NCBI GenBank assembly: GCA_964451495.1
Contig: CAYVHS010000004.1
Coordinates: 1 to 61,622, forward strand
Reading direction: 5' to 3'
DNA: 61,622 nucleotides
DNA from: an uncultured Bdellovibrionales bacterium
GTDB taxonomy: Bacteria; Patescibacteriota; Minisyncoccia; Moranbacterales; UBA1568
Shown here: in pieces, positions 1 to 9,360 of the stretch
Layout: each line of letters begins with the position of its first letter
Numbering within the stretch: position 1 is the stretch's first letter
Position numbers and translations under genes: made by a program
The notes under the pieces: model-generated
Seen by the model: the letters and a program-made list of their open reading frames with translations, nothing else
What the model was told of the DNA's origin: nothing
Databases searched by the model: none

Positions 1-1
1 T

Positions 2-3000
2 GAATATGCTGGAGGGAATTCCTTCGATGCTTTGACTGGACAGGGGACGACGGATATGTGGAGCTATACTTCCGGGGCGAATAACTTTGTCAGTACGGGA
101 AGTTATGTGAGTGAGGCACTCGATCTTGCTCAGGCCACGAACTGGGTATCATTTGTGGCGAATGACACGGTGCCAGCCAATACCAGTATTGTCTATGAGA
201 CACGCACAAGTACCGATGCAAGTAGTTGGTCGTCATGGGAGGCAGTGGTCGGAACCGCGATTGCTTCACCGGCCCAGCGGTATATCCAGGTTCGCATCAC
301 ACTCGCGACGAGTGATGGCGTGAGTACACCAACAGTAACTGATTATACGATTACCTATAATAATTCCGATACACCGCCGACGAATCCGACAGCTGTGAAC
401 GCTTATTCACAGCTCTCAGGTGGTGTGACACTGACGTCTGGTAATACGTATCTCTATGAGCACCCCTATTTCACTTTTTCGGGTGCGAGTAGTCCAGAAG
501 CAGGGATAGAGGGATATTATGTGTACTTTGGGACCAATGTGAGTGCCGATCCCGCGGTAGATGGATCGTTTCAGGCGAGTACGACCTATGAAGTCAATAC
601 AGCGCTCGATGCGGACACGTATTATCTCCGAATCAAGACCAAGGATAATAATGGCAATGTAAGTGTAGGAACATACGCAGCATTTACGTATGTTTATAAT
701 GGTGTTGCGCCTGCTCTCGTGGAGACCAAGACCAGCCAGGCAGATTTTTCTACTGGGACGCTGAGCGATGTTTCAGCCACTGATGTGGCGGATGCTTTGC
801 GACTCTCAGCGAGTAGCGGGACAGGGTTTTGGAATCAGTCGAGACTGACCAATATTTCCGCAGGTGTGTATTACGGAGGGGATAGTGTGCAGGTGCAGTA
901 TGCCGGCAGTGATTATATTTTCGTCCTTCGTGGTGGTGGTACCAATGGGTTTTATCGGTATGATCTGGCTACTGATACCTGGTTGGTCAGGCAATCGACC
1001 CCGGGAGTGGTGAGCTATGGTGGATCCATCGAGGCGGGGCCGAACGGTTTTCTCTATGCGACTCAGGGAGGCACCCTATCTACTTTTTGGAAATATGATA
1101 TTGCTCTCAATACCTGGACAGCGGTGTCGAGCGCCCCGAAAACTTTTGCTGTCGGAGGTTCTATCGCGTATGACGGATCACGATATATCTATGGTCTCCC
1201 GGGAAGCGATGATGCATTCTATCGATATGATACAACCAATGATTCCTGGAGTGCGCGGGCGAATGCTCAGTTCGGTAACCCCAACACATCAGATGGTCAA
1301 ACGGTGAACTATGATTCGGATAGTGTCTATGATGGACGCAACAACATCTACGTCATCCAAGGAAATTATTATCCGTATTTTGCCAAATATTCCATAGCGA
1401 CCGATGCGTTGTATGGTGAGACGGCCAATACATGGACGGTACTCACTGCTGCCCCAACCGGTGTCTATACTGGAGGCAGCTTGGCCTATGACACGACGAC
1501 GGAGAGTGTCTATATGACCAGAGGCAATTGGAAGAACAACTACTATAAGTATGATGTGGGACTGAATAGTTGGTCACAATTACCAGATACACCCGCGACA
1601 TTTGATCAGGGTGCTTCACAAATTGCGTACAATGGCTATATATATGCCCTGCGCGGTGGCAACCAGACGAATTTTTATAGGTACAATATCGCGGAGAGCT
1701 CCTGGGAACTTCCTTCTAAGGGTCTATTTGGACCATCTATTCCTGGCGGGACAACGTATTTCCCATTTTCTTCGGGTACGTATGCTGTGACTGATAATAG
1801 TCAGAATATCTACATGATACGCGGAGTGTTCGATAATGTATTTGTGAGGTATAATGTCGCGACTGGGACGACTACAGAGATGGCGAAGCTCCCCGTCGGA
1901 GCCACTGATGGGTCGAGTCTTGTGTATGTCGGCAATCATAACGAAATCTACTATTCTCCAGGACCCATCCGGACGACGCGTGTCTCTGCGAAGAGTAATT
2001 ATTTCTATAAATACGATATCGCTACCAATACCTGGAGTGAACTCACGCTTGATCAGCCACCACTCGCTGTGGGGACGGGATCAAGTATGACATATGACGG
2101 ATCGCGGTATATTTATCTCACTCGTGGTGCTACGACTGCTACCTGGTGGCGGTATGACCTGAATGCTTCGGCTGGCTCACGTTGGTCGGCGGCCCTCACG
2201 GCCGGTACGGGCACTACGACGACGGGAGGGAAAATCGTGTATAGTGGTGGATATGTCTATGCGGTGCGTGGTGGCGCGGCGACTATTTATCGATATGACC
2301 CGGTCGCCACGACCTGGGCTACTATCCCTGCTTTGCCGGCGAGCATCAGTACGGGAGGTGGTATCGTGGACGGTGGTGACGGCTATCTCTACGTGACGCG
2401 GGGTACAAACACGGCCAATAATTACCGTTATCGCATCGCTGATGGACTCGCTGGAACATGGGCGAGCGTGACTGATATTCCCGCCCAAGTCAATGTTGGT
2501 GGATTCGAGGAACACGTGAGTAATCGGAACTGGGTGATAGCGGGCAATGGTACCAATTCTTATCCTGATGGACTCTATAGTTATGTGGTGAGCTCCACTG
2601 GTAATGGCACTGGTTTTCGGAAGACGGGAACCTATACTTCAGAAACATTGGACTTGGTCTCAGTGTACAAATGGGCCAATTTTTCAGTCAATTATACGCT
2701 TCCCAATAATACGTTTGTCACCTTTGAAACGAGAACATCGACTGACGGATTCTCATGGGACGACTGGACGGCCGTGTCAAATGAACAGGTATTTGGTACA
2801 AATCATGTGTTTAAAATCAATTCTACTCCTGACGGGTATATCCAAGTACGGGCCAATTTGTCTTCGTCAGATCGGATTTTCTCTCCGCTGATTACGGATT
2901 ATGCCATCAGTTATTATCAGGATGTTACCGAGCCGACCAACCCGAGTGCGATAGGTGCCTACACGAGTGTCGCCAAAACGACCTCGTTGTCTACGAACAC

Positions 3001-5422
3001 CTGGTACAATCATGCAGCGCCCTATTTCGAATGGCCAGCTGCTGACGCTGTCGGTGGAGCGACGGATGGAGTAGGTGGTTCGGGAGTAGCTGGATACTAT
3101 GTCTATTTTGGTATCGATAGCAATGCGGATCCCGTGACGTTTCAGACGACGAACAATTATACAGCGGGGAGTTTATCGGCTGGACAGACCTACTACCTCA
3201 AGATCATGACTCGGGATAATGCCGGTGTCATCGCCGCGAGTTCTTATAGCGCCTTTACCTATAAATTTGACAATATTGCGCCCACAAATCCATCGATTAT
3301 TTCGGTCAATCCGACCGGTTATACGGCGACTGATAACTTTGTCTTTACCTGGTCATCGGATGCGACTGATTCGTTTTCGGGGCTCTCAAAACTACAGTAT
3401 CGGACTGATGGTGACGTGACAGATACCTGGACCGATATCGTAAACCCGCTTGATATCACAGTCACTTTGCCCAATGTGGGTCATATCGTAGGTGCCTATC
3501 AGTCCGGCAAGAACAAGTTTTATCTCCGAGTGGTGGATGGCGCTGGCAATACCTCAACATCGCTTCTGCAAGAGTATTACTATAGTGCGAGTGCGCCTAC
3601 CCCACCACAGAATCTAGCGGCGACACCCACGACATCGACTGCTAATTCCTTTGCTTTTTCGTGGGATACCCCAGCTTCTTTCGCCGGAGATGAAGCGGCA
3701 ATCGTGTATTATTATTCGATCAATGTTTTGCCCACGGCCAACAATTCTGTCTCGACTGCCTTGAAGGCTGCTGGTCCGAGCGCCTTTGCGACACAAAAGG
3801 GCGAGAATCTCTTCTTTGTTGTTGCTGAGGATGAATCAGGGAATATCGAATGGGGCAATTATGCCGTTACCTCTTTTGAGGCCGATACGAGTAATCCGCC
3901 AATTCCTGGTACGGTGCAGATTTTCGATACGTCGGATCGAGAAAACTCCAAATATGGTATCGCTGTGAAGTGGGCTCGTCCTGATGGTATCGATGCTGCC
4001 AATTTTGATGGTTTCGTCATTTATCGTTCCGAGGATAACGTGACATTTACAGAAATTGCCAAAACGACGGGTAGTGCCTATGTCGATTCCGGGGAAATAC
4101 TTCTGCCGTCCGGTGATACGACCCTCGAAAGTAAACTGTATTACTATTACGTCAAATCTAAGGACAAGACGAGCAATTATTCAGCCTCTTCATCGACCGT
4201 CTCGATTGTTCCGACGGGCAAGTATACCACGGCTCCAAAGCTGGTAGGGACACCGAGCTTTACGACACAGTCATTCCAGGCTACTTTTCAATGGGCGACG
4301 GATCGTGTGGCGAGCTCGTTTATCGAATATGGAAAATCTATTTCTTTGGGCGAAACAACTGGTCAGGTAGATTCGGTGACGAGTCATGAGGTGCTGGTCA
4401 AGGGTTTGGATGCGGGTACGAAGTATTTCTATAGCGTAAAGTATATCGATCCGGACGGTAACATCGGGACATCTAGTGTCGACACGTTTACAACGCTTGA
4501 TCCGCCAGTTATTTCTGATGTGACCGTGACCGATATCGGGCTCAATACTGCGTATGTTAATTGGACGACTAACGTCAGTGCTACGTGTACGCTTGACTAC
4601 GGTGCCTATAGTATAAAGGAAACATCTGCTGGTTCTGGTCATGTGCAAAAAATCGATAAGCTCCAGCCAGCTTCTCAATATCAGGCTCAGATAGAATGCA
4701 TTGATGGAGATCTCAATACTTTTTCTTCCGATCAGTACACATTTAGTACGCCGGAAGAGCCAGTTGTGTCGGAAGTGACGATAGAAAACAAAGAAAACGT
4801 CGACCTCCCAACGATTACTATAGCGTACAAAACCAACGTTCCGACTTCAACTCTGATATACTACAAGAAAGAAGGAGAAAGTAGTCGTACATATTTAAAT
4901 GAAGAGCTGACGCTAGAGCACAGTGCTGAAGTATCTGATTTAGATCCGGCTGTCGAATACGCAATCAGCGTTACTGGAAGTGATCAGTACAATATTCAGG
5001 CACGACCATTCGAGCAGAAGCTCACGACGCGGACCGATTCACGCCCGCCGAAAATACTTTCGAACAAGTCGATGGGACGCGTATCAGGTAGAGGGAACAA
5101 CGCTCAGGCGAATGTATATATCAAGCTCGAGACAGATGAACCGTCGCGCATACACGTGGCCTACGCCAAGGGTATTGTCACGAAATCATTTGAACAGTCA
5201 ACGAGTGATGACGCGCTCAATACATATCATCTCATCACAATTCCAGCTCAGGCGGGAGACGTTTATAGTTATCAGATTGAGGCTTTTGATGAAGCTGGTA
5301 ATAAAACTGTGACGGATGCAGTGACGGTCGCTGTAGAACAATCGAAAGCCAACGCAACTGAAGTAATCACCAGAACCTTCCTCAATAATTTCGGATGGAT
5401 TTCACGATTGGGAGGAAATTAG
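2..5422 (+). CDS. giant secreted/surface protein (5' end outside window) with Kelch-like beta-propeller repeats and multiple FN3/Ig-like modules
   Basis: The frame is open from nt 2, with no stop before the TTG at 32 used by the ORF track, so the gene continues upstream. The visible part exceeds 1796 aa. It has 11 blades of the type [FYW]x[RK]Y[DN]-x3-5-[NDT]-[ST]-W (e.g. GFYRYDLATDTW, TFWKYDIALNTW, NYYKYDVGLNSW). It also has FN3-like blocks (PTNP..GYYVYFG..YYL[RK]I.T[KR]DN.G) and four C-terminal FN3-like repeats. Confidence 0.85.
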   Translation, partial: EYAGGNSFDALTGQGTTDMWSYTSGANNFVSTGSYVSEALDLAQATNWVSFVANDTVPANTSIVYETRTSTDASSWSSWEAVVGTAIASPAQRYIQVRITLATSDGVSTPTVTDYTITYNNSDTPPTNPTAVNAYSQLSGGVTLTSGNTYLYEHPYFTFSGASSPEAGIEGYYVYFGTNVSADPAVDGSFQASTTYEVNTALDADTYYLRIKTKDNNGNVSVGTYAAFTYVYNGVAPALVETKTSQADFSTGTLSDVSATDVADALRLSASSGTGFWNQSRLTNISAGVYYGGDSVQVQYAGSDYIFVLRGGGTNGFYRYDLATDTWLVRQSTPGVVSYGGSIEAGPNGFLYATQGGTLSTFWKYDIALNTWTAVSSAPKTFAVGGSIAYDGSRYIYGLPGSDDAFYRYDTTNDSWSARANAQFGNPNTSDGQTVNYDSDSVYDGRNNIYVIQGNYYPYFAKYSIATDALYGETANTWTVLTAAPTGVYTGGSLAYDTTTESVYMTRGNWKNNYYKYDVGLNSWSQLPDTPATFDQGASQIAYNGYIYALRGGNQTNFYRYNIAESSWELPSKGLFGPSIPGGTTYFPFSSGTYAVTDNSQNIYMIRGVFDNVFVRYNVATGTTTEMAKLPVGATDGSSLVYVGNHNEIYYSPGPIRTTRVSAKSNYFYKYDIATNTWSELTLDQPPLAVGTGSSMTYDGSRYIYLTRGATTATWWRYDLNASAGSRWSAALTAGTGTTTTGGKIVYSGGYVYAVRGGAATIYRYDPVATTWATIPALPASISTGGGIVDGGDGYLYVTRGTNTANNYRYRIADGLAGTWASVTDIPAQVNVGGFEEHVSNRNWVIAGNGTNSYPDGLYSYVVSSTGNGTGFRKTGTYTSETLDLVSVYKWANFSVNYTLPNNTFVTFETRTSTDGFSWDDWTAVSNEQVFGTNHVFKINSTPDGYIQVRANLSSSDRIFSPLITDYAISYYQDVTEPTNPSAIGAYTSVAKTTSLSTNTWYNHAAPYFEWPAADAVGGATDGVGGSGVAGYYVYFGIDSNADPVTFQTTNNYTAGSLSAGQTYYLKIMTRDNAGVIAASSYSAFTYKFDNIAPTNPSIISVNPTGYTATDNFVFTWSSDATDSFSGLSKLQYRTDGDVTDTWTDIVNPLDITVTLPNVGHIVGAYQSGKNKFYLRVVDGAGNTSTSLLQEYYYSASAPTPPQNLAATPTTSTANSFAFSWDTPASFAGDEAAIVYYYSINVLPTANNSVSTALKAAGPSAFATQKGENLFFVVAEDESGNIEWGNYAVTSFEADTSNPPIPGTVQIFDTSDRENSKYGIAVKWARPDGIDAANFDGFVIYRSEDNVTFTEIAKTTGSAYVDSGEILLPSGDTTLESKLYYYYVKSKDKTSNYSASSSTVSIVPTGKYTTAPKLVGTPSFTTQSFQATFQWATDRVASSFIEYGKSISLGETTGQVDSVTSHEVLVKGLDAGTKYFYSVKYIDPDGNIGTSSVDTFTTLDPPVISDVTVTDIGLNTAYVNWTTNVSATCTLDYGAYSIKETSAGSGHVQKIDKLQPASQYQAQIECIDGDLNTFSSDQYTFSTPEEPVVSEVTIENKENVDLPTITIAYKTNVPTSTLIYYKKEGESSRTYLNEELTLEHSAEVSDLDPAVEYAISVTGSDQYNIQARPFEQKLTTRTDSRPPKILSNKSMGRVSGRGNNAQANVYIKLETDEPSRIHVAYAKGIVTKSFEQSTSDDALNTYHLITIPAQAGDVYSYQIEAFDEAGNKTVTDAVTVAVEQSKANATEVITRTFLNNFGWISRLGGN
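92..700 (+). repeat. intragenic duplicated module, copy 1 (jelly-roll-like block plus FN3-like block)
   Basis: The string SEALDL..W..F.....P.NT.[IV].[YF]ETRTSTD...W..W..V......YIQVR..L..SD..[ST]P.[IV]TDY.I.Y, then PTNP.A..AY[ST], GYYVYFG and YYL[RK]I.T[KR]DN.G, recurs at aa ~866-1080. Confidence 0.6.
840..2580 (+). repeat. Kelch-like beta-propeller blade array (about 11 blades) inside the giant gene
   Basis: An aromatic-x-[RK]-Y-[DN]...W motif recurs roughly every 45-55 aa between aa ~270 and ~850. Confidence 0.6.
2620..3270 (+). repeat. intragenic duplicated module, copy 2
   Basis: GTYTSETLDL..WANFSVNYTLPNNTFVTFETRTSTDGFSWDDW...GYIQVRANLSSSDRIFSPLITDYAISYY, then PTNPSAIGAYTS..GYYVYFG..QTYYLKIMTRDNAG. 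This is colinear with copy 1 at roughly one-third amino-acid identity by eye. Confidence 0.6.
4235..5330 (+). repeat. four tandem FN3-like repeats (~85-95 aa each) at the C-terminus of the giant protein
   Basis: The pattern ..[FV].W.T[DN]..[AS][ST]..[IL].Y[GK]........H.V.[LV]..L...T.Y.[YF]....D..GN recurs: FQATFQWATDRVASSFIEYG, AYVNWTTNVSATCTLDYG, ITIAYKTNVPTSTLIYY, VYIKLETDEPSRIHVAY. Confidence 0.5.
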
Positions 5423-5437
5423 GCGGTATAAAAAAAT

Positions 5438-6217
5438 ATGCCTGAAGAAAAAGAAATTGTCATCAGAGTGGTGGGGCTAAAAAAAAGTTTTCATGTGGGC
5501 AGTCAGGACATCCCTGTTTTGCATGGTATCAACCTCGAAGTTTATAGGGGTGAGTTTGTGTTGCTCGTGGGGCCCTCGGGCTGCGGCAAATCGACTTTGC
5601 TTCATTCGGTGTATGGTCTGGAGAATCCGACAGAAGGGACTGTTTTTATTGAGAAAGACGATATTTGGGCTCAGACTAAGGATTGGCGGGCGAATTTCAG
5701 AAATAAACATATCGGCTTTATTCCACAACAGCCGTTTTGGATCAAATCTCTTTCGGTCATTGAGAATATTGCCATACCTGGGGTAATCGGGGGAAAGACA
5801 TTCAATGAAAGCGTCGCCCTCGCGGCTAAACTGATCGAGTTGGTCGGTATGGGAGAATGGGCCAACCATCGCCCATATGACCTTTCAGGAGGTCAGCAGC
5901 AGCGTATCGCGTTTGCTCGATCGCTTCTGCTTAATCCGAAGTTTATTATCGCCGATGAGCCGACGGGCAACCTGGATATGAAAGCTGGTGAGAAGCTCAT
6001 GGTTCTCGTGAGGGATATTTCCCGACAGTTTGGTATCACTATCATGATGGTGACGCACAATATCGATCAGTATAAATTTGGTTCGAGAATCGTCAATATG
6101 ATAGATGGGCAAATAACATCAGATGTCGTCAATCAGCTATCCATTGATATGATGGAAGAAGAAACAGCTGAAGCCGCTCAGGCAGATGTTCAAGTAGCGC
6201 AACCAAAAACTGTATGA
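5438..6217 (+). CDS. ABC transporter ATP-binding protein (MacB/LolD/FtsE-like)
   Basis: Walker A GPSGCGKSTL, signature LSGGQQQRIAFARSL, Walker B IIADEPTGNLD, H-loop MVTHN. Confidence 0.95.
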   Translation: MPEEKEIVIRVVGLKKSFHVGSQDIPVLHGINLEVYRGEFVLLVGPSGCGKSTLLHSVYGLENPTEGTVFIEKDDIWAQTKDWRANFRNKHIGFIPQQPFWIKSLSVIENIAIPGVIGGKTFNESVALAAKLIELVGMGEWANHRPYDLSGGQQQRIAFARSLLLNPKFIIADEPTGNLDMKAGEKLMVLVRDISRQFGITIMMVTHNIDQYKFGSRIVNMIDGQITSDVVNQLSIDMMEEETAEAAQADVQVAQPKTV

Positions 6218-7554
6218 GTTTTTCATTTCGAAAAAACAAAGAACCAAAAAAACTCCCTCAGATTGCGATGGGGCAGGATGGTGTATGGAAAGACCCTGCC
6301 GATGTAACACGTTTTTCGCACATGCTGTTTTCGGCTGTTCTCCTTATTGGGTTTCGTAATATGTTTTCCAATAGGATGCGTTCGGTGTTGACGATTGGAG
6401 GAGTCGCTATCGGTATTGGTATTATTACGCTCCTCATTTCTCTCGGTTTCGGTGTGCAGGGGATGGTGATCCGTGAGGTGACCAATAATAATCCGAGTAA
6501 TATTATTGATATCAGCAATAAGAGCTTGGAAAATTTTGCTTTGCTGGACAAGGGGACGCTAGAGCGGATTCAAAATATTCCCGGTGTCGAGCAGGTAGAT
6601 ACGCGTACGAGTATTGGTGGAAAATTTTTTAATGGAGAATCACAGACAGATGTTGTCATCAATGCCGTGAGTAGACACTATCTTGATTTGGCGCGTTCCG
6701 ATGTCAGTCAGGAGATGAGAGATATGATATTTACTGAGCCTGGGACTATTCTCGTTACGCCCAAGCTGGCTATCCTCCTCGGTTTTGAAAATCCAGAAGA
6801 AAGTGTCGGAAAAACGATAGAGTACAGTAGTGTTGTTACGAGAGATATGTTGGCTGATGTAGAAGGCACTTCGGAAGAAGTGCGGGTAAGTGATGAAGGA
6901 AAATCCCTCATTATAGCTGGTATTATCAAGGATCAAGTGAAAGATGATGCTGTGTACGCCTACATCGCTCTTGATGAAATCAGGAAGCGATATGGCAATG
7001 TTGCTGGGCAATTTGCTAAGGCTCGCGTGACAGACGAAACGTTGATTGAATCTGTGCGTCTACAGATTGAACAGACTGCCTTTGTTACGGAAAGTGTTGT
7101 CGATACTATTGCCGACATCAATTCATTTTTTTCTATTGTCAGGGCTATCCTCGTTGTTTTCGGCGTTATCATCATGTCTATTTCCGCGATGGGTATGCTC
7201 AATACGCTTAGTATTTCTCTCTTGCAGCGTACCAAGGAGGTCGGGATTCTCAAAGCGCTCGGGGCCAAGAGAACGGATATATTCAAAATGTTTATTTTTG
7301 AGGCATTTCTGATTAGCTTCATTGGAGGCACTGCTGGGCTATTGTTTGGATATGGTGCGGCCAAGGGCATCAACTATGGTATCAATATCATGGCAGGGAA
7401 ATATGGCGTTTCTCCGACGACGTTTGTGGAAATGCCATCGGTTTTTGTGATTTCCATTGCGCTCTTTATATTTTTTCTCGGTTTGATGACAGGTATATTT
7501 CCTGCCATGCGCGCCTCGAAGATTCATGCCCTCGAGGCTTTGAGATACGAATAG
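6214..7554 (+). CDS. ABC transporter permease, FtsX/MacB-type
   Basis: ATGA overlap with the upstream ATPase. It has an N-terminal TM, a large extracytoplasmic domain and a C-terminal FtsX-type 3-TM bundle (ILKALGAKRTDIFKMFIFEAFLISFIGG). Confidence 0.9.
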   Translation: MSFSFRKNKEPKKLPQIAMGQDGVWKDPADVTRFSHMLFSAVLLIGFRNMFSNRMRSVLTIGGVAIGIGIITLLISLGFGVQGMVIREVTNNNPSNIIDISNKSLENFALLDKGTLERIQNIPGVEQVDTRTSIGGKFFNGESQTDVVINAVSRHYLDLARSDVSQEMRDMIFTEPGTILVTPKLAILLGFENPEESVGKTIEYSSVVTRDMLADVEGTSEEVRVSDEGKSLIIAGIIKDQVKDDAVYAYIALDEIRKRYGNVAGQFAKARVTDETLIESVRLQIEQTAFVTESVVDTIADINSFFSIVRAILVVFGVIIMSISAMGMLNTLSISLLQRTKEVGILKALGAKRTDIFKMFIFEAFLISFIGGTAGLLFGYGAAKGINYGINIMAGKYGVSPTTFVEMPSVFVISIALFIFFLGLMTGIFPAMRASKIHALEALRYE

Positions 7555-7570
7555 CAGCTGTTTTGTCCCT

Positions 7571-8962
7571 ATGCGTCATCCTGATCGGAAACATTTCAGA
7601 CTCTTGGCTCGGATGCATTTCTGGGTGATGTTTTTTGCATTCATTTTGTATCTTTGCTTCGGGTTTGCTCTCGGCCCCGATTTTTTCAAGAGAGATATCT
7701 TAGAGCGATTACACGTTTTTGCAGACGATATCATTTCTGTGACCGCTACGGTCTTGAGCGGTCCGGCCAAGCCAGTCGTGACCGCGATACCGGTATGTGT
7801 TTCGGGTGTGCCGCATACTGTACTTGATTGGGGAAATGACACAGGGACGACTACGTGGGATATTGATCGAAATGGTCTACCGCTCTCGACCGGAGTTGTG
7901 CTATCACAGTATACAGATACGTCTGTGACTGCGAATACGACGTACAGTTATGTGGTGACAGCATATGGCCCGATGGCTCCCGGGAGCAATATTTCAGATC
8001 TGGTTTCGGTGACGGCATCCGATTGTCAAGGAATCCTGCCTCCTGCGACGGTAGTGATAGAGCGATTGGGAGTCACTAATGTCGCGGTGAATCGGTCAAA
8101 TATCAGTATGGATAGACAGCGGCCACAGGTAACGGGTACGACGAATATCCCCAATGCTATCGTGGATATTTCGATGAATCGACCACAGATCGAGGCCCGG
8201 TTTGCAGCCAATGCAAACGGCTATTTTTCGTGGATACCACCGATTGACCTGGAGAATGGCAACCATATTTTGTCTGTGACAGTGATTGATCCCAGTGACG
8301 CGGGACGGACATCGAGAGACGGATTTACTTTTCGGACAGAAGACGGTGTGGATAGTGGTAGTGAAAGTAGGGGAAGCACTTCTGTGGATACGACGGGTAT
8401 ACAAAAAGCTTCAACTGCTGATGAGTCTACGATGGATTTTACGGTGAAAATAAACAATGGAGCACAGTTTGTTTTTCAAGGCGACGAAGTGAATGTGGGT
8501 ATTTTGAGTCAGCAAGGAGTTTTCCCGATAGGAACCGTTTTTCGTTTGTTTGTCGTGGATGCTTCTGGAAAAGAAGTGCTCCGTTTATCGGAAGCAACTA
8601 TCGAACTCTCTTCTCAGACAGCACTTTCTCTTATGCAAAGAATACCTCTTTCTCTTAATCCTGGCGTCTATCGTATCCGGGTGGATGCTTATAGGAGAGA
8701 TACTATTGTGAGTCGGGACGTCAGGCTCGAGATACGTGCTTGGCCACTCGTCTCGTTTGGTGGCGGGACCGAGGTTACCTATCCTGAAGCAGCGAGTTTT
8801 ATGGGTAGTATTTTTCTCATATTCCTTTTCCTTTTTATTCTTTTTCTTCTCTTTTTTGTACGAGAATACTGGCTGTATCTGCACCATCTCCGCCTGGTGA
8901 GCGAACGGCACCTAGATCGGTTGGGGTTTATCAGCCCCAAAAGAAAGGGGGTGGTACGATGA
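7571..8962 (+). CDS. membrane-anchored protein with FN3/bacterial Ig-like domains (TM helix at both ends)
   Basis: N-terminal TM (FWVMFFAFILYLCFGFAL). Ig-like block PQVTGTTNIPNAIVDIS...NGYFSW...LENGNHILSVTVIDPSD. C-terminal TM (IFLIFLFLFILFLLFF). Confidence 0.75.
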   Translation: MRHPDRKHFRLLARMHFWVMFFAFILYLCFGFALGPDFFKRDILERLHVFADDIISVTATVLSGPAKPVVTAIPVCVSGVPHTVLDWGNDTGTTTWDIDRNGLPLSTGVVLSQYTDTSVTANTTYSYVVTAYGPMAPGSNISDLVSVTASDCQGILPPATVVIERLGVTNVAVNRSNISMDRQRPQVTGTTNIPNAIVDISMNRPQIEARFAANANGYFSWIPPIDLENGNHILSVTVIDPSDAGRTSRDGFTFRTEDGVDSGSESRGSTSVDTTGIQKASTADESTMDFTVKINNGAQFVFQGDEVNVGILSQQGVFPIGTVFRLFVVDASGKEVLRLSEATIELSSQTALSLMQRIPLSLNPGVYRIRVDAYRRDTIVSRDVRLEIRAWPLVSFGGGTEVTYPEAASFMGSIFLIFLFLFILFLLFFVREYWLYLHHLRLVSERHLDRLGFISPKRKGVVR

Positions 8963-9270
8963 ATGAAAATATGATATTGCTCGTGCTTTCTTCTCTCACT
9001 ATCATGTTACTTTTTGTGACACTGGTCTATGTGATAGGCATTGTGTGGCGTGTTGAAATGGAACTCGATGTGTCGTATAAATTCCTGTCGGTCGCATTGA
9101 TATTTCTCATCATTTCTGAAATATTGGGAATTTTTCCGAAAGTGTATTCGGATACGTGGTGGAACACAGCGCTTTACGTCGCCAAGTTTTTAGCCGCACT
9201 CAATCTCTTTATTGGTATGTTTTTCATGCGGGACCTCATCCGGCGAATCGATGGCGAAAAGAAACAATAG
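8959..9270 (+). CDS. small integral membrane protein (3 predicted TM)
   Basis: ATGA overlap with the upstream gene. It has hydrophobic helices and is followed by a terminator. Confidence 0.65.
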   Translation: MNENMILLVLSSLTIMLLFVTLVYVIGIVWRVEMELDVSYKFLSVALIFLIISEILGIFPKVYSDTWWNTALYVAKFLAALNLFIGMFFMRDLIRRIDGEKKQ

Positions 9271-9294
9271 GTATGCTTGTTTTGTAGGTATAAA

Positions 9295-9322
9295 AAATCT
9301 CCCCTAAGAAGGGGGGATTTTG
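9295..9322 (+). terminator. rho-independent terminator closing the giant-protein/ABC cluster
   Basis: aaaATCTCCCCtaagaaGGGGGGATtttgt: an 8-bp GC-rich stem (one G-U pair) followed by a T-run. Confidence 0.7.
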
Positions 9323-9360
9323 TGGTAGTATAGGAATAAGAGCTTAACATAGTTTACTGT

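Noticed and set aside
2-5422. Diversity-generating retroelement (TR/VR) explanation for the internal repeats in the giant gene
   Set aside because: No reverse transcriptase is present in the window. The duplicated modules are diverged at all positions (about one-third amino-acid identity) rather than differing mainly at adenines in a near-identical nucleotide repeat.
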